From the human T2T-CHM13v2.0 reference genome, Homo sapiens, in the NCBI RefSeq assembly GCF_009914755.1, contig NC_060931.1: a stretch of DNA of 64,000 nucleotides. One strand, given 5' to 3'. Numbering within the stretch: the first letter of the stretch is position 1; each line of letters starts with the position of its first letter. A model generated the notes under the pieces. That model did not search any database. It was not told the origin of the DNA and was given only the letters and a program-made list of their open reading frames with translations. A program made the position numbers and the translations under genes. This document shows positions 43,154 through 58,000 of this stretch, piece by piece.

Positions 43154-46100
43154 GACTTAAAATATTCTTTGCATAAAATGGTTCCTCAAGCAATGTTGTT
43201 TAAATAAATAAAATGTGTATATTGGAGAAGACATTCTGAAAAGATAGAAATTTACTCCCACTTATTTGCTCAGATTCTCAGCTAAATTTGCTTGTTTTTT
43301 CATCATCTTGTGTGAAAAGAAGGCCTATGTATAGTGATATAACTAAGATATATTTCCATATCTATAGAGGTGTTGGGGTGTGAGATCTACAAAATAAAGA
43401 ATGAAACAGTGAATTAATATCCTCTTAGCATATGTCTATCTCTGAGAGCATCCTCTTGGTCATGAATGACTGCATGGTAAAAATGTTCAGTGAATGAAAT
43501 AAACATACGACCTGCATGCAATTTCCGTGAAAGTTATTGATTTGTTGATTTTCAAAACACATGGTCAATGTTGGCATTTGATTTGCCTTTGTGGAGCTCA
43601 TTCTGCCTGGACTTTCTTTTGCCAAGTCACCCTCATTATCACCTTCCTCCTATGTTAGGTAACTGTAAAATTCCAAATGAACAGCTAAGCAGCCTGGTGT
43701 TGAGGTAACATCTTTTTAGAGTTGAAGTCATCATGTTACACTGGTTTGTTATTCCAGTGAGATTTCACATTCGTTAAAATATACTTTGAAATTTAGTGGT
43801 AAGAGAGACCCTCCCCTGCCCTCAGTTGCTCACACCTTCTAGTGTCAGTTCCCTGCGGGACTTGGAGCAAAACTGAGCACTCTGGCAAAGCTAAAAATAA
43901 TCAGTCCATTAGTATCAAGTTGCTTTCCTGAATAAGCAAGGTGTTCTTTCTACCTCCCCATCCCCAGCCATCCTCCCACACTCTACCTGACCTCACCCTA
44001 AGATGTATTATGTTCAGAATACAATGGGAACTTCCCTGACTTACTGTTTTCACCCCAAGGATTAGTCATAAAACATAATTGCATATAAAATTACATACAA
44101 AACTTTTTGCAACTTTGTAATGTTATTTTACTCAATTCATGCTTAGTAAATATAGATCTTGGTGAAAATAAAACCATGATATAAAAAATACAATGAAATG
44201 GAATATATTAACATGAAATTTTGTTTCTTTCCAATAATGTATAATTATTATTTTATATGGTCTTTGTGAAACATCCAAAAGAGAAAATATAGATTTTATA
44301 GACTACAAAGGATTATTTTAAAAGGTAATATTTCAATATAATTAGTTAGATTTATGGGACAAGAATATTAAAAAAAAACAAATCTAAAGTGTTATGTTTA
44401 AAGAAAGGAATTTCATTTATTCTTTTTCTCTGTTATAATTTGACATTAGTTAGAAAATATCAAGCAGTCTCTATTCTTAAAATTATTAGTTACTCCCATA
44501 TGTCTGGAATTAACAATAATTAAATCTTTTTAGCAATAGCTATAGAAAATATTATTTATTTTTTATAAATTTTCTAAGTTAAATAGAAGGTGATATGACA
44601 CGCCTGTGATTATCAACCTTATATAAAATCATACTTATAAAAGCATCCTCTAGTCCTTCTCTTGTCAAATATATACTAATGTGCTCCTCAAAACAATTTC
44701 CCAATTTCTTATCTTTCTTTGGACATCTGGAAAATACATTAGTAACTATAAAACAATTAGGTCAAGTGTTCTTTTTCAAAATATAATTTTTACAGCTATC
44801 CACAGAATAATAAAGACATTCTACTAAGATTATTTTTCATGGTAAAAAATGCATCAAGTAGGGTCTGCTTTGGGGGATTGTAAGGGGAGAAACCTGGGGT
44901 GCCTTAAGGTTAATGGACAGTGATTAAGGTTAATGGCTAAGTGCTTAAGGTTAAGTGCTATATTTACATAGCTGTCAATTCCTTAAAAAAAGTCTTTATG
45001 TCTATCAATCAGTTCTAGCTAATAGCCAATTAAATAGCAAACGGGGGATACAGACATAGGTAAAGACCCTTTAACCTGCATTTATAGGGTGGAATGGTCA
45101 ACTTTCAATCAAGAAGTACTTATTGAACACCTATTTTGTCAAGGCTGTGTTGCACACAAAAATGTAGACATCATGGCCCCTGTGTTAAAAATGCTTAGTA
45201 TCTAGCAGAGAATAGAACTAGATATGGAAATACATCAGTATGGGCAGCTATCAAATAAATGACACAGATGAGACATGCTATAGAATTCAGAGGAGGTAAA
45301 TATACTATGTAGCTCAAGATTTCAGAAAATCGGGAAGGATATTTAAAATAAACCTTAAAATTAATGTTTGTCAAAGAGCTATATTTTATTCTTAAAAAAA
45401 ATACAATCCCAAATAATGTGAATATACGTCAATGACACGATGTACCATACATACTGCTCTGCATTAAGATGACTTCAACAATTTAACAACAATACTAATA
45501 AATAAGAAGCTCAATAGTTAGGAATATGCATATGTTCCTCTTTTTTACACACAAAATCTCAAGATCAATTTAAAGCAGCAGCGACAACAACAACAACACA
45601 GCCAAAGCAAAGCTAGGTTAGTGTATTAACTCTGAATCCAATGCAAACTTTCTTAAGCGAGGCAAACCAGAAAAGTTTAAGTTAATATAAGGGTCTAAAG
45701 TATCCAGCAGTTATTTAAGGCATACTGCATCACTAACCCTTAAATGACAACATGATTAATTAGATAAAGAAGTTTACTAAAGCAAGATTAATGTTCATTT
45801 CTACAAAAAAACACTGAGAACAGTGCTTCATAGATGGAATGGCCTCACTTTCGCTCAATTAGCAACATTCAGGCAGGGCTCTGGGGTTTTTTGTTTGCTT
45901 GTTTGTTTTTTTGTTTTAACTTTTTTCACTCTCGCTGAATTTCCAACTGCAAGATTGGATTTTGATTGCAGAAGGAAGGTATACTAGGAATGGAGAATGG
46001 AAGGTAAGGGACTGAAGAGAAACACCTGGAATGGAGCAGAAGTGAAAAATAGTAACACAAAAACATTAAAAGTAAATTTTAAAACTGCTCGTAGGGAATC

Positions 46101-49100
46101 TTTCCATTCAGTAATTTTCTTCCATTAGCTAATTTCAAAATGTTTAGAGCATGAGCATAAAACAGACAAAGATAAATGAGTACCAGAAATTCATAGTGAA
46201 TTTTAATACATCTTGATCTTCTGACAGCCAGAATGCTGTCCAGGTAGCAGTGCCCAGGGTCAGGGTTGGCCTGAGCAGAAGGTTAGAGCTCTAAGGCAAG
46301 ATTGAAGGGCCCCTTAGCTCCTTGACCTGAAATTCATCTCTTTTTGAATTTTTCTGAAACTGAATATTATCTGTTTTTGAATTGGAAGTGTCCTCTTTTT
46401 AAAACGTAACTACCCCCGAAGTGTTAGAACTTTATCAATTTAAGGATGTCCTATCAAACTGTATTTTCAACATACTGTGTCTATGTTTAATCATCTTTGC
46501 TCCCATAATGTAGCAGTGAGTATTAAATAGGATGAGTGTTTTGACTTAGGAATTAGTGGGAAAGAGGGTAGCATACCAAAAATAAAATAAAATAAATAAA
46601 TAAAGACTTTAATAGCATGGAGCTTTATGAATTGGAAACACTGATGTTGGCAGAAGTTCAGTATTGGGAAAAATCTAAAGTTAGTAAGAAGCCTATGGCA
46701 TGAGGGTGACTGTTTTTGAAAGAAAGGTAGAGAAGTTACCCTGATTTTGGAAAAGTGTGAGGAGAGAGTGTCAAAGATAAAGCTCATGACACTTGAAATT
46801 TGCTAAGAAGCAATCCTGTTCTTTGTATTTTCTAGCTCCAAAGGCTTCTAAGTAAAGAAAGATACAACTTAATGGTGGGGTTGACCATTGAAAAGATACG
46901 AGGGCAAATCTAAATCTTCAGGGACCCACTGGTCTTTTAAATATTTACTACCCTCACCTTTTGCATGTGTCTCATTATTAATGGCTTCTGCTGCAAAGGG
47001 CGGGACTAAACCTAATTAAAAATGAACATTATTTCAAAGCTCTTTTAGAGTAACTCTGAGATGTTTTCCTAAAGGAAATAAACCCAAAAATGCTTTAAGT
47101 ATATTATTCATCCAAATTGAAAGAGCCAGCTACAACTGATGTTGAAATCCACTATCTGTTAAATAAGAAATGCAGTGTTTAATAGAAAAAAGATCTGGCA
47201 TAAACTTTATATATCTCTGATATTTCCCCAAAATTTATATCTTTGATTTCAAAAGGAATATGAAATAATTGCAATACTTTTTAATTTAAGTAATGCTAAA
47301 TATGGTTTCTTATGTTTTTTCTTATTACACATAATTCAAGATAAATTAAGTTCACTCTTTTCAGCTAATTATATTGCACCATCTTCATTTTATTACAGTG
47401 TCTATAGCTTGACAGAATAAAATGTTACCTTTAATAGAAGACGCAAATTATTATCTATTTAAAGTGGAAGAAATGAATTTTAATTATTTAATTTGTGATA
47501 AGCACTCAAAAGAAGACAGCAAAGTTAACTAAAATAATCAATGCCCTCATTTTTCAATATTCAAGTAATGAGGATATTTAATTACTCAAGAGTAGTTTAT
47601 TAATTTAGTCATGATTGACTGTAAGTCACTAAAAAGCATCGTAAAAGTAAGACTTGTTTAAATTAGTACATATCTTTTTAAGAGTAATATAGCTTCTACC
47701 TAAAGTTTATTTTTAAAAGCTTGTTTTATGTCTTAATGTTGACTGATGTTAACTTATCATAAATGAAATTATATATATAGGCATTTGAAAAATTAGGCAA
47801 AATATCAAATTCATCTATTTCAAACTTATCGTATAAGTTAAAATATTGAGGTAGTGTTATTAATGTTATTAATGTAAGAAGTGTGTAAGTGCTATTAATG
47901 TTACTTGTCCAAGCTCATGTTTATTTTGACTTTACTACAGTAGAATCTCTGAACTTTTGGATAATTCTCTATCATAAAACAATGCACATATAAATGCGTA
48001 TGTATTTTATAATTATTGTATACCGAATATCTATTCCTAAATGGTAAATTAGTAGACTCAATTTCATTCAACATATATTTAGTGTTCATTAATGAAATAT
48101 TATTCTTTTGAATTTTTAGTGGCGCTTTTAAATTCTAATCAATAGCATTGGCAATAACATAGTAAATGAAGCTAAAATATTCTGAGACTGTTCAACCCAG
48201 GGCCCTTCCTAAAAAAACAGTTGGAGTCAGTCTTTAAACACTGATGATCATAGTTGCAGGAATTTACAAGGTGTTATTTGTCCATTACACTGCCTCCCTA
48301 TAGAACAGCCCAAGTACCCACCACATTCACATTTTTCCCTTAAGGCATGCTAACCTCATGTGTGGCCTATATATGGCATTATTGTTGTGGCCACAACTGC
48401 GGTTAGATGCCTGCATCCTCTTATAGCCTCTTCCCACTGTTAAAGATGGTGCTGCATAACTAGTATCCTGAGTTTTGGTAGAAAATCCCTGCTTTTCTTA
48501 TGTGAAACCTTATTTATTTCAAAAAGTTACATGATAGACTCAAAATTCTAGTTTTTTTTTTTTTTTTTTGGAGTGTAGTCTCAAACTTTCTTAGTCTAGT
48601 CTCATCTGAAAGTACCCTTGGAATGTTTAATTAACAAATCTAATCTCTTTCAGCCCTTTGAAATGTTTACTTGTAGGTGTAGTTTTTAAAGTTTACAGAA
48701 AGGGCAGAAATACATAAAATGTTTTGGAAGCAAATCAAAACTATAAATAATGAGAGCTCTATGTGCAATAACTATAACCATAAACTAAAGCACAGGATTG
48801 CATTTGTAGACATAATGGGAATAGGCCATGCTAGTCCTTAAAATTAATTTTCTCAAACTCCATGTTAACTACCCATGGGTAAAAAGCTAACAAAATTTTC
48901 ACTTCATGGTAATTTGACCTTTTGTTAACTATCTAGTTCCATTCCCCTCGAAAATTATAAAAATTAGAATGTCAACCACATTACTGGGAAAATTTACCTA
49001 TAGGAAAAATGACCCTTAACTGCTACAATGAATCAGGACTAAGAAAATTGTAAATACCTGATAGTAACCCTAATGTTGGGTATCCCTGAATATGGTGATG

Positions 49101-49451
49101 ATTTTCACTGGGCAGGCCCCTTGCAAGAATCCTAGAAGCTGTGTCTCTCTTGTTATAAAAGATATCATTTTTTATAGAGAAGGAGGCTTTCAAGCCAGGA
49201 ATTTCCCTCACTTGCCACATTTTGACCTTGCCTGCTAGCACCTGAGTTGTTGGACTACTTAAGGACTGCCTGAATTGGTGCCCCAACAGTGCTTTGCTAG
49301 TGGTCCATGGTTCTTTCTTGTTCTAGCTTCTGAGTAGGGTAGTGTCAGATGCAGCCAATGGTAGTCTTTTGAGTCTAGTTGTTAAGGAAAGTTTTCAAAG
49401 ACTTTGAGTGGGGAATAGACAACCCATATCATACTAATTAAAAAAAAACTG

Positions 49452-49816
<365 letters not shown>

Positions 49817-50234
49817 TTAAGAAAAAAACAGTGTTGATAATAATATAGTACTAAAAATATTATAATCTACCTAGAAGACCACTGTGTAAGGCTGTGGGTA
49901 GCTTTAACACAGTTTAAAGTTACACATTAAATAATTTTAAAAATGTAGTGTTCTTATAGTAGCAGAGAATAGCAAGTGGTTAACCTAAATGTTCAAAACA
50001 TTAAAAGACTGAATAAAACAGGAAACAAATATTTTAAATGCATATATTTTTCTTGTTGGTGCATATAAAAATTTGTAATAAGAGCTTTTTTTTTAAATTA
50101 TAGAGTATAGCTATTTAAACAAAATAAAAATTCTTCTTTTTAATTTAACAAACCTATCACTGTGGAGTATCTAATAGGAATCCTGTCAAGTAGACGGTTT
50201 TACTTATGCATGCACATATTCACTTGTTCACTTT

Positions 50235-50258
50235 CACACACACACACACACACACACA
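50235..50258. repeat. (CA)n microsatellite
   Basis: About 12 CA units followed by GAGA. Confidence 0.93.
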
Positions 50259-51064
50259 GAGAGCAAGTTTTTATCACATTGTAACACTGAAATTAATAAA
50301 TGTACCTTAACATAGGATGTAAAGATTTTATGTAAAAATATAGCATTTCCGACTGGTGACATCATCTTTAGCATTATATCCTCATAAAAGTGCCAAAGTA
50401 GAATACATTCCAAAGAACGGCATTACTTATTTCTTGAATCAAAATATGATGGCAATACTGATGCTCTTAAGACACTTATGACTCATATAAATAAAGTATG
50501 AATGCTCATCCTTAAGGATCATAATATATTGAAGTAGTACAACCTCTAAATTCCAGTCCAAAGGAATGGAACTATAATACAAACAGTTTTTATTGCAACC
50601 TGCACTGCATGTGGGCATCTTGGCATGTTTGTACATATTTACTGCTTTTATAATTGGATTAGTCATCTGAATAAATTTCTGTATGCTTAATCTTCTTTAG
50701 AAAGTCAAGAAAATAGAACACATTGCTCATTTGTAAAATGGAAATGACAAATCTACCTTTATTTGTTAATATAGAGATTACATAAGATAATGTAAGCCAC
50801 ATGACCATAGTAGTTACTGCAGTAATGTTCCTTTTCCATATTTACTAACATATATTTTTAATATTTTAAATAAAATGTAAATGTTTGCACATAAACTAAC
50901 AGTACTCAAATTTTCATGTACAAAGTAGATATTTGGCCGCAGTATTGGATGTGATAAAATATACTTCCATCATTATTTAAGAAGTGAAAAAATCAAAGTT
51001 TTTTGGTACTATTTCATGGGGTAGCTGAGAGCACACATGAAAATACATGTTAATATTTTATGTA

Positions 51065-51358
51065 TTTTTTTTTTTTGGAAGAAAAGGGTCTTACTCTGCC
51101 ACCCAGGCTGGAGTGCAGTGGGGCGATCATAGTTGATTACAGCCTCGACCTCCTGGGGTCAAGCAATTTTCCTGCCTCAGCCTCCTGAGTAGCTGGGACT
51201 ACAGGCCCACACACCACTCCTAATATTTATATTTGCTTTTTGTAGAGGTGGGGTTTCACCATGTTGCCCAGGCTAGTCATGAACTCCTGGGCTCTAGCAA
51301 TCCTCCTATCTAGGCCTCCAAATGTGCTGTGACTGCAATTGTGATTTACTGCTCCCGC
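51065..51358 (-). mobile_element. AluJ SINE, diverged
   Basis: GATCATAG, CAGCCTCGACCTCCTGGG and GTTGCCCAGGCT...CTCCTGGGCTC J-type features. Confidence 0.9.
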
Positions 51359-51793
51359 TTTATGTGAATTTCAGACATCCTTACCAGTACTAACAATTTT
51401 CTCTACTTTACCATGCTTCAAACCAATATTAGCTGTGATTGAATGGGTAAACCAAACTTAATTCAAAGGTTTAGTATTGTAGGGCTTACTTTCAAGTAAT
51501 AAAGATTTGGGGCTCCCATTGTTAACTTTGTTTCATTTCTGAAATTGTTGAAAACTGAGGTACAGAAGAGGCTCATTTAGAAATAGTATTAATCAAATAT
51601 GAGTCCTTCATCAAGTTTACAAATTGGGAAAATTTTTGATAAGTGTTTTCTTGGCCAGAGAAAGAAATTTTGATTTTTTGGTGAAATGGAAATTAGACTC
51701 AGAAAAATGTTTAATAATTAAATATCATTAAACATATTTTAATCTAAAGGGGAAAATAGGCATTATGGTTTACGTGATATAAAACAAATTACA

Positions 51794-52108
<315 letters not shown>

Positions 52109-53996
52109 TTACATCAAAGATTTATTCCTACACCACATCTAAAATATTTTACAAGTCTACCAAGCATATTACGTGAAACATCATATATATGGCTTGGGCA
52201 TGCTCCTATATTCTTTTCTATCTTATAGTAACTTCTCAGAATTCCTTATAGTACTTTACAAATAGTTTTGCAAAGTTTATTCACGAGTATTCACACAAAT
52301 GTTGCATGATGGATACTCTGTACATTTTGAAAACAAGGCAGTGATTGTCACAAAGAGGACCTGAGCCCCAGTGTTTTTACTTAATGCTCACTCTTCTCTT
52401 TATAGAGAATTTTGGATTTGTGAGTTAGCCAAATATAATTATAAACACAGAAATGCATCGCATAGTTAATAGCATTTATTTCAGGAAAATAAGTTTGAGA
52501 GTGACCAAAAATATTATTTGTCAGAAAAACATCATTATGTAGCATGTAAAATTCAAGCATATTAGTGCATCTCACCAGAAAAAAAAGATTAAATCCTCAA
52601 GCTTTTAATAGAAGTACAGATAGAATACTAACGATTCCTCTCTGTCTCTCTCATACAAATTTGAAATGCACAATATTAAGTAATAAAACAAAAGTGAAGT
52701 TACTACTAATTAGATGCCTCTTTGATTTCTTGCTTTAGACACACCTGCAGCTAACTTCTACTGTGAACATATAGCAATGATAATATTAAAAATTTATACC
52801 CATGCTTAAAAAAATGGGTATTTTAATGGGCCTCAAATGAAAAGAAATATTTAATATTAAGCAGGGCTAGAAATGAAAAAATATTAGATTTTGGCTGCCT
52901 GCAAATCCAGACCCAGGTGGCCAGGAGTCTAACTCATGTAGGGAAACTGGGACCAAGAGCCCCCCATGCAAAGGGAAGACTGTGAGTTGGGTTGATTGTT
53001 GTGACTGCTGGCTGGGACTTCAGGTTGTTTGAAACCGTGGAAGTAAGCAGAGACTTCTACTCAGACTACCCAGATCTGGGTAGAAGTGTCCGCCAGCAAT
53101 GTCTAGGTCTGCAGTGTTCCCAATATTTCCCTGGAACATGAGCCAGAAGCAATTAGCATAAGAATTAATTCTAGACTGGTTCCCTGGTAAAAGGCTTGTA
53201 ATGTCAAGTAAGAACAGAAAGAGGGAGAGAAACACTTTTCCACTTAAGATGAACTTACAAATAAAAATAAAGTAGTTACTAGATAATTCAAAAAGGATTT
53301 ATGAGGATAAGATTAACTTCAAGAAGTTAACCTGTGGATCTCTTTGACTAATGATAGTGATAGAGGAAGTCCACTGTTTTTAAGTAATCATCAATCCTCA
53401 AGGTATTTAGAGCTTTCAGATCCTGTCACCACAGATTAATTTTTCCAGGATCTTGAGATTACTTTTTAAAAATCGTTTTTTTCTCTTTAAAAAAAACAAG
53501 AATAGTCTATGACTTTATAAATGCTGATCATATTTAAATATCTTTTATACAAACCAAAGGAAAAATGAGAATTAAAGGAACATTTCTACCTACTCTTTTG
53601 TAGAAAATGAGTTGGGGTTGCTCAGGTTTGAAGGAACTTCCTCATGTTCATTCCATTTGTCTTGCGTAAGTCTGCTTGTGTTTGTAAAAGTAAACTATGT
53701 GTTGGTTTAATAATTATAATAATATGGACTGTTAAAAATAAAATGAAATCTCTCTTTAAAATGAATATCCTGTGTTTATACGGGAAAGGATAAACCTATA
53801 ATATTAAAAATAAAAGATATAAGTTTTTTTGTCATAAATATTTTGTTTTTATTTTCTTCACAAAGAATCTCCATCATAGTGATGTCTGTCTTGAGAAGAA
53901 TGTTTTTCACTAGAGAGACATACCACATATGTAGGTTCTAGGAAATTATATTTTAAATGAAATATTACAAAGAGGTGTTTTCCAGCTATGTTTCTT

Positions 53997-53999
<3 letters not shown>

Positions 54000-54045
<46 letters not shown>
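54000..54045. repeat. (CA)n(TA)n compound microsatellite
   Basis: About 18 CA units then a TA run. Confidence 0.96.
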
Positions 54046-54699
54046 GTACTCCCCACAGATAAGAAGAAAATTCAATTGCCATTCTATCTTTCAAAAAACA
54101 AATACCCAGATAGTCCTATTGAATAACTGAGGCCTTAAAGTCTTTGAAAGTGGTTGACAGCTCATTTTTTTTTTCACTGCTTTGCAGGCGGGAATGTGTT
54201 TAGGTGATTCTCATTGAAAGACTATTGTGATTAGAGTGATCTCTGTTTGTCAGTCAGCCAGACATCGCTGGGTTGGAAATACCCTGAGGAGACAAACTTT
54301 CCAGAGTCCCACTATTAACAGGTGTGGACATGTGAAATGAGTGAGAGTTGAAGGGTCAGCTCTTCCTCACATGTCAGAAATATAACTGCAACTCCTTCTT
54401 TACCTATAGTCAAACCTCTGAAAATACTGGGGTAAAGTATTGAGTGATGTAACCTGAAGTGAGATCATATTCCTTGATTGACAACCAACTATTTACGCTT
54501 TATTTGATTGGGCATTCCAACAAATTCATTTTGGAATTTCTTTCTAAATTCAAGTAGTCCCGATAAGATGGTCAGAGATAAAGCTAACTTTCCACTAATA
54601 ACGAAGTCACCTATTAGAGAGGTAGTACAGTCCGGTGGTTGGGGTAGCATCTTCCCTCAAGCAAAGTTAATTTGAACCCAAGTTACACTATTTACTACC

Positions 54700-55055
54700 T
54701 GTATGAGTTTGTTCTCACACTGCTATGAAGAGATACTGGAGACAGGATAATTTAAAAAGAAAAGAGGTTTAATTGACTCACAGTTCCACATGGCTGAGGA
54801 GGCCTCAGGAAGCTTACAATAATGGCAGAAGGCACCTTTTCACAGGGTAGCAGGAGACAGAATGAGTGCTGAGCAAAGAAGGAAACCTCTCGTCAAACCA
54901 TCAGATCTCGTGAGAACTCATTCACTATCAGGAGAGCAGCATGGGGGAAACCGCCCCCATGATTCAATTATCTCCACCTGGTACCGCCTTGACACATGGG
55001 GCTTATTACAATTCATGGAGAGACTTGGGTGGGGACACAGAGCCAAACCATATCA
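54700..55055 (-). mobile_element. THE1 (THE1C/D-like) MaLR solo LTR inserted in a MIR
   Basis: Reverse complement begins TGATATGGTTTGGCTCTGTGTCCCCACCCAA; contains GGTTTAATTGACTCACAGTTCCACATGGCTG; 5-bp TSD CTACC/CTATC; MIR-like flanks. Confidence 0.92.
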
Positions 55056-58000
55056 CTATCTGCATGTCACTAAGCAAGTCCCTTAACCACTCCGTTTTCA
55101 CATTCGTAAATGGGAATAGGAACACTATCTACTTCATTGGACTGTAAGGATTAAATAAATCATGGCATGTTTAGAGCAGTTTCCAGGAATTTTTTTGTGA
55201 AAGCCCACTAATGTTATTCATTAGAACTCTGGAAGTAGTTGGCTTCCAACTCAGAGCAAAAAAATGGAATCTTGAATAATGGAATAATGGGAAGATGTAG
55301 CTGTGGCCATTGACAAAATATGACACATCTAGGAAGCACTGTGCCCATTTTACAGAGTTACTAGATTTTTCTCTTCCTTGAGTGGCTGTTGAAAGCTCCT
55401 CTTGTGCGATGTTGGCGTTCAAAATTGAACTCCTTTTTTTCTACACTTTCTATCTTGATGTCTAATATAATTCCTTCACTATAAGTGAACATGAAGTTAT
55501 TAAGTTATGTAAGTGTTGATATGTGGTTAAAAAAGAAAATTTATTAGAAAGAGAATATCCCTTAGAATAAGTTGATATATCCTGGGTCTTCTAAAAATTT
55601 TCCTCTAAGCATATAGCAATTTTCATATGTAATAAATACAGTATATATACTTATATTGTTTGTATTCTTTAATTACTTATATTGCAATCTTATTTGAAAA
55701 CATGTATAGATAAAGCCACAGGGACACAAAATGCATAATACATGAAAAAATTGTAAACATATTTAAGGACCACATAATTTATTCATTACCTTAATTTTAT
55801 AGGATATTTATTAACAAATTATAATTCCAGTAAAAAGAACCATTTAAAAAATGTAAGTTGGATATAACCACAATGCTTTTCCAGCAAAAAAAAAAAAAAA
55901 AAAAATTAACTGGAAAGACTATAACACCACCACCATTACAAATCTTCTTTGAGGTTGTCACTAGGATTAAAATTACTGTATTCATCCTCACTCAGCTATA
56001 CTTGTCAATGATTTTTCGCCATTAGTGAAAAATCATTATCTTTTTGAGTTACGTGTGTATATTCACTTGCTAGCACATAGCTAGCATTTAAGCATAATAA
56101 GCCTAGGTTAAAAAATCAGACCTTTTTTCCAGTCTACTTTTATCCATACAGTGCCTTTTAAAAGTTCATTAAGTTAACTGAAACTTAGGCAAAGGCTATA
56201 TATTCCATTTGGATAAAGAGTAAAATTTTCATTCACCAATTATTAGCTTGATTGATTTTTTCACTTAGTTGTTATTTCTTTCTTTACTAAACCAAATATA
56301 CTGTTGTGTTGCTATCATATAAAAGCAACCACAATGCATTAAAAATGTGCAATATAATACTACTTGATTTTTATTACACTTTGAAAAGCAAATGGAGTAA
56401 ATCAAGAAGAAACAAATCTAAATGCCATGCTGAAGTGAGGTCCAGCCTTTGAAATCAGCTTCCTATTAATCACAGTGCTGACCTTTTCATTAAGGGGCAC
56501 TTGTTGAAGTCATTGACACGGTTACGGCATTCATATGTGTGAACTGTACTCTATGGCATTCATGTGCTGGGGAAGGCATAGTGAAATTAGAATCTCTCCC
56601 TGTAGGGGGTAGACATTGACCGCTATTCAATGCCAACGATTGTCGGTTAAAGTATTTCATGAAGAATGACTGTGAAACTCCGTTTACTCCACCATCAGTA
56701 ATGTCAAATGCAATTCTTAAAGAAATATATTTAACTAGAAGTAATTAATTAAACCTCTCATAGCAGCAACTTTATCCAAGCTAAATCATTTCTGAATATA
56801 CACAAAGGAGTCATCAGGATTCTACCGTCATGGCTTTTAAATCATCATTTTCAATGATGTCCATCTATAATAGTTAGAAAATAAAAACAAAACATTGGCC
56901 GATGGGGAATTATTTAAACAGTGCAATACTGTTTTGTCTAATTTTGCCTAACTACTCTACATATGTGCATTGCCTTTTGAGATGACAATGTCTTCCAGAC
57001 TAATTTTTCAAATTAATAATGGTTAAATTTAAAAAGATCAACTCAAATGACTATTACTAGATAAGAAATGCAGAAAGGTTTTCTTGCATTCTCTTTAATC
57101 TGATCAGCTTTGTGCAGTGTTTGATGGATTAATTCAGAAATCATTAATAACTGGAATCTTTGGTAGGGCATATGTTCTATGTGTTTATTTCTTACATGAA
57201 GCATCATACATTTGAGCAGCAAACACATTCTTTTACATTGGCTGACATTCCACCTGAAAGTCCACCACAGTTAGCCTGTTAACACAATTCAGAATATATG
57301 GTAGAGTAGTAAAAAGATTCCCCATAGCCAAGTAAAAATCAGAGTAGGGGGCTCAAGGAACAAGGTTGTACTTAGATCAAATCTGAACTTCAAGTTCAAA
57401 CATAGTTTAATGGTGAATCCAAAGTTGTAAATGCAAAATAAACGCAATGTGAAGACTGCTTTAAACCAAGCATGAAAGACTAAAAAGTCAAAGTTGAGAT
57501 TTTGTACATCTGGTTTTAATATATCTTCTTATGTTATTAGACAAATGACCTTTTGTTTTGTTTTGTTTGTTTTAAATACTCACTATCATTGTCATTGCTG
57601 CTACAACCTAATACTCTTTTAGAGTTTTTAGTGTCACTTCTCTAGTAAGAGATCAAGCTATAGAACAGATTTGTTAGGCAAAAATTATACGCAAATTCCT
57701 CACATTAATGTATGAAGAGTAACGTAGCAGTATAGTTATGCATAAAAGTGAAATCCATTTTCAAGAAGGGTATGTGCTTTAAAGATTTTTTTGTGTGTGT
57801 TCTCGAAACTGACAAAATACTTGCAACCATCATTTTTGACAGTAATAAAGGACATTTCACCCAGAAGTAGCAGTTAATACGGCAAAATACAGGATTGAAT
57901 TAACAGTATTATTAGCACCACATTTCAGTTCCGAGACCTTCTGAATGAGGAGTCACTTCAGGAGCATTTAAGTATTAATGACAGTGCCAGGGCATTGTGC

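Noticed and set aside
54160-54210. Strong plus-strand acceptor-like tracts here and near 34670 and 38238
   Set aside because: No convincing paired donors or consistent exon chain. They show that splice-like signals arise by chance, which also tempers the minus-strand model.
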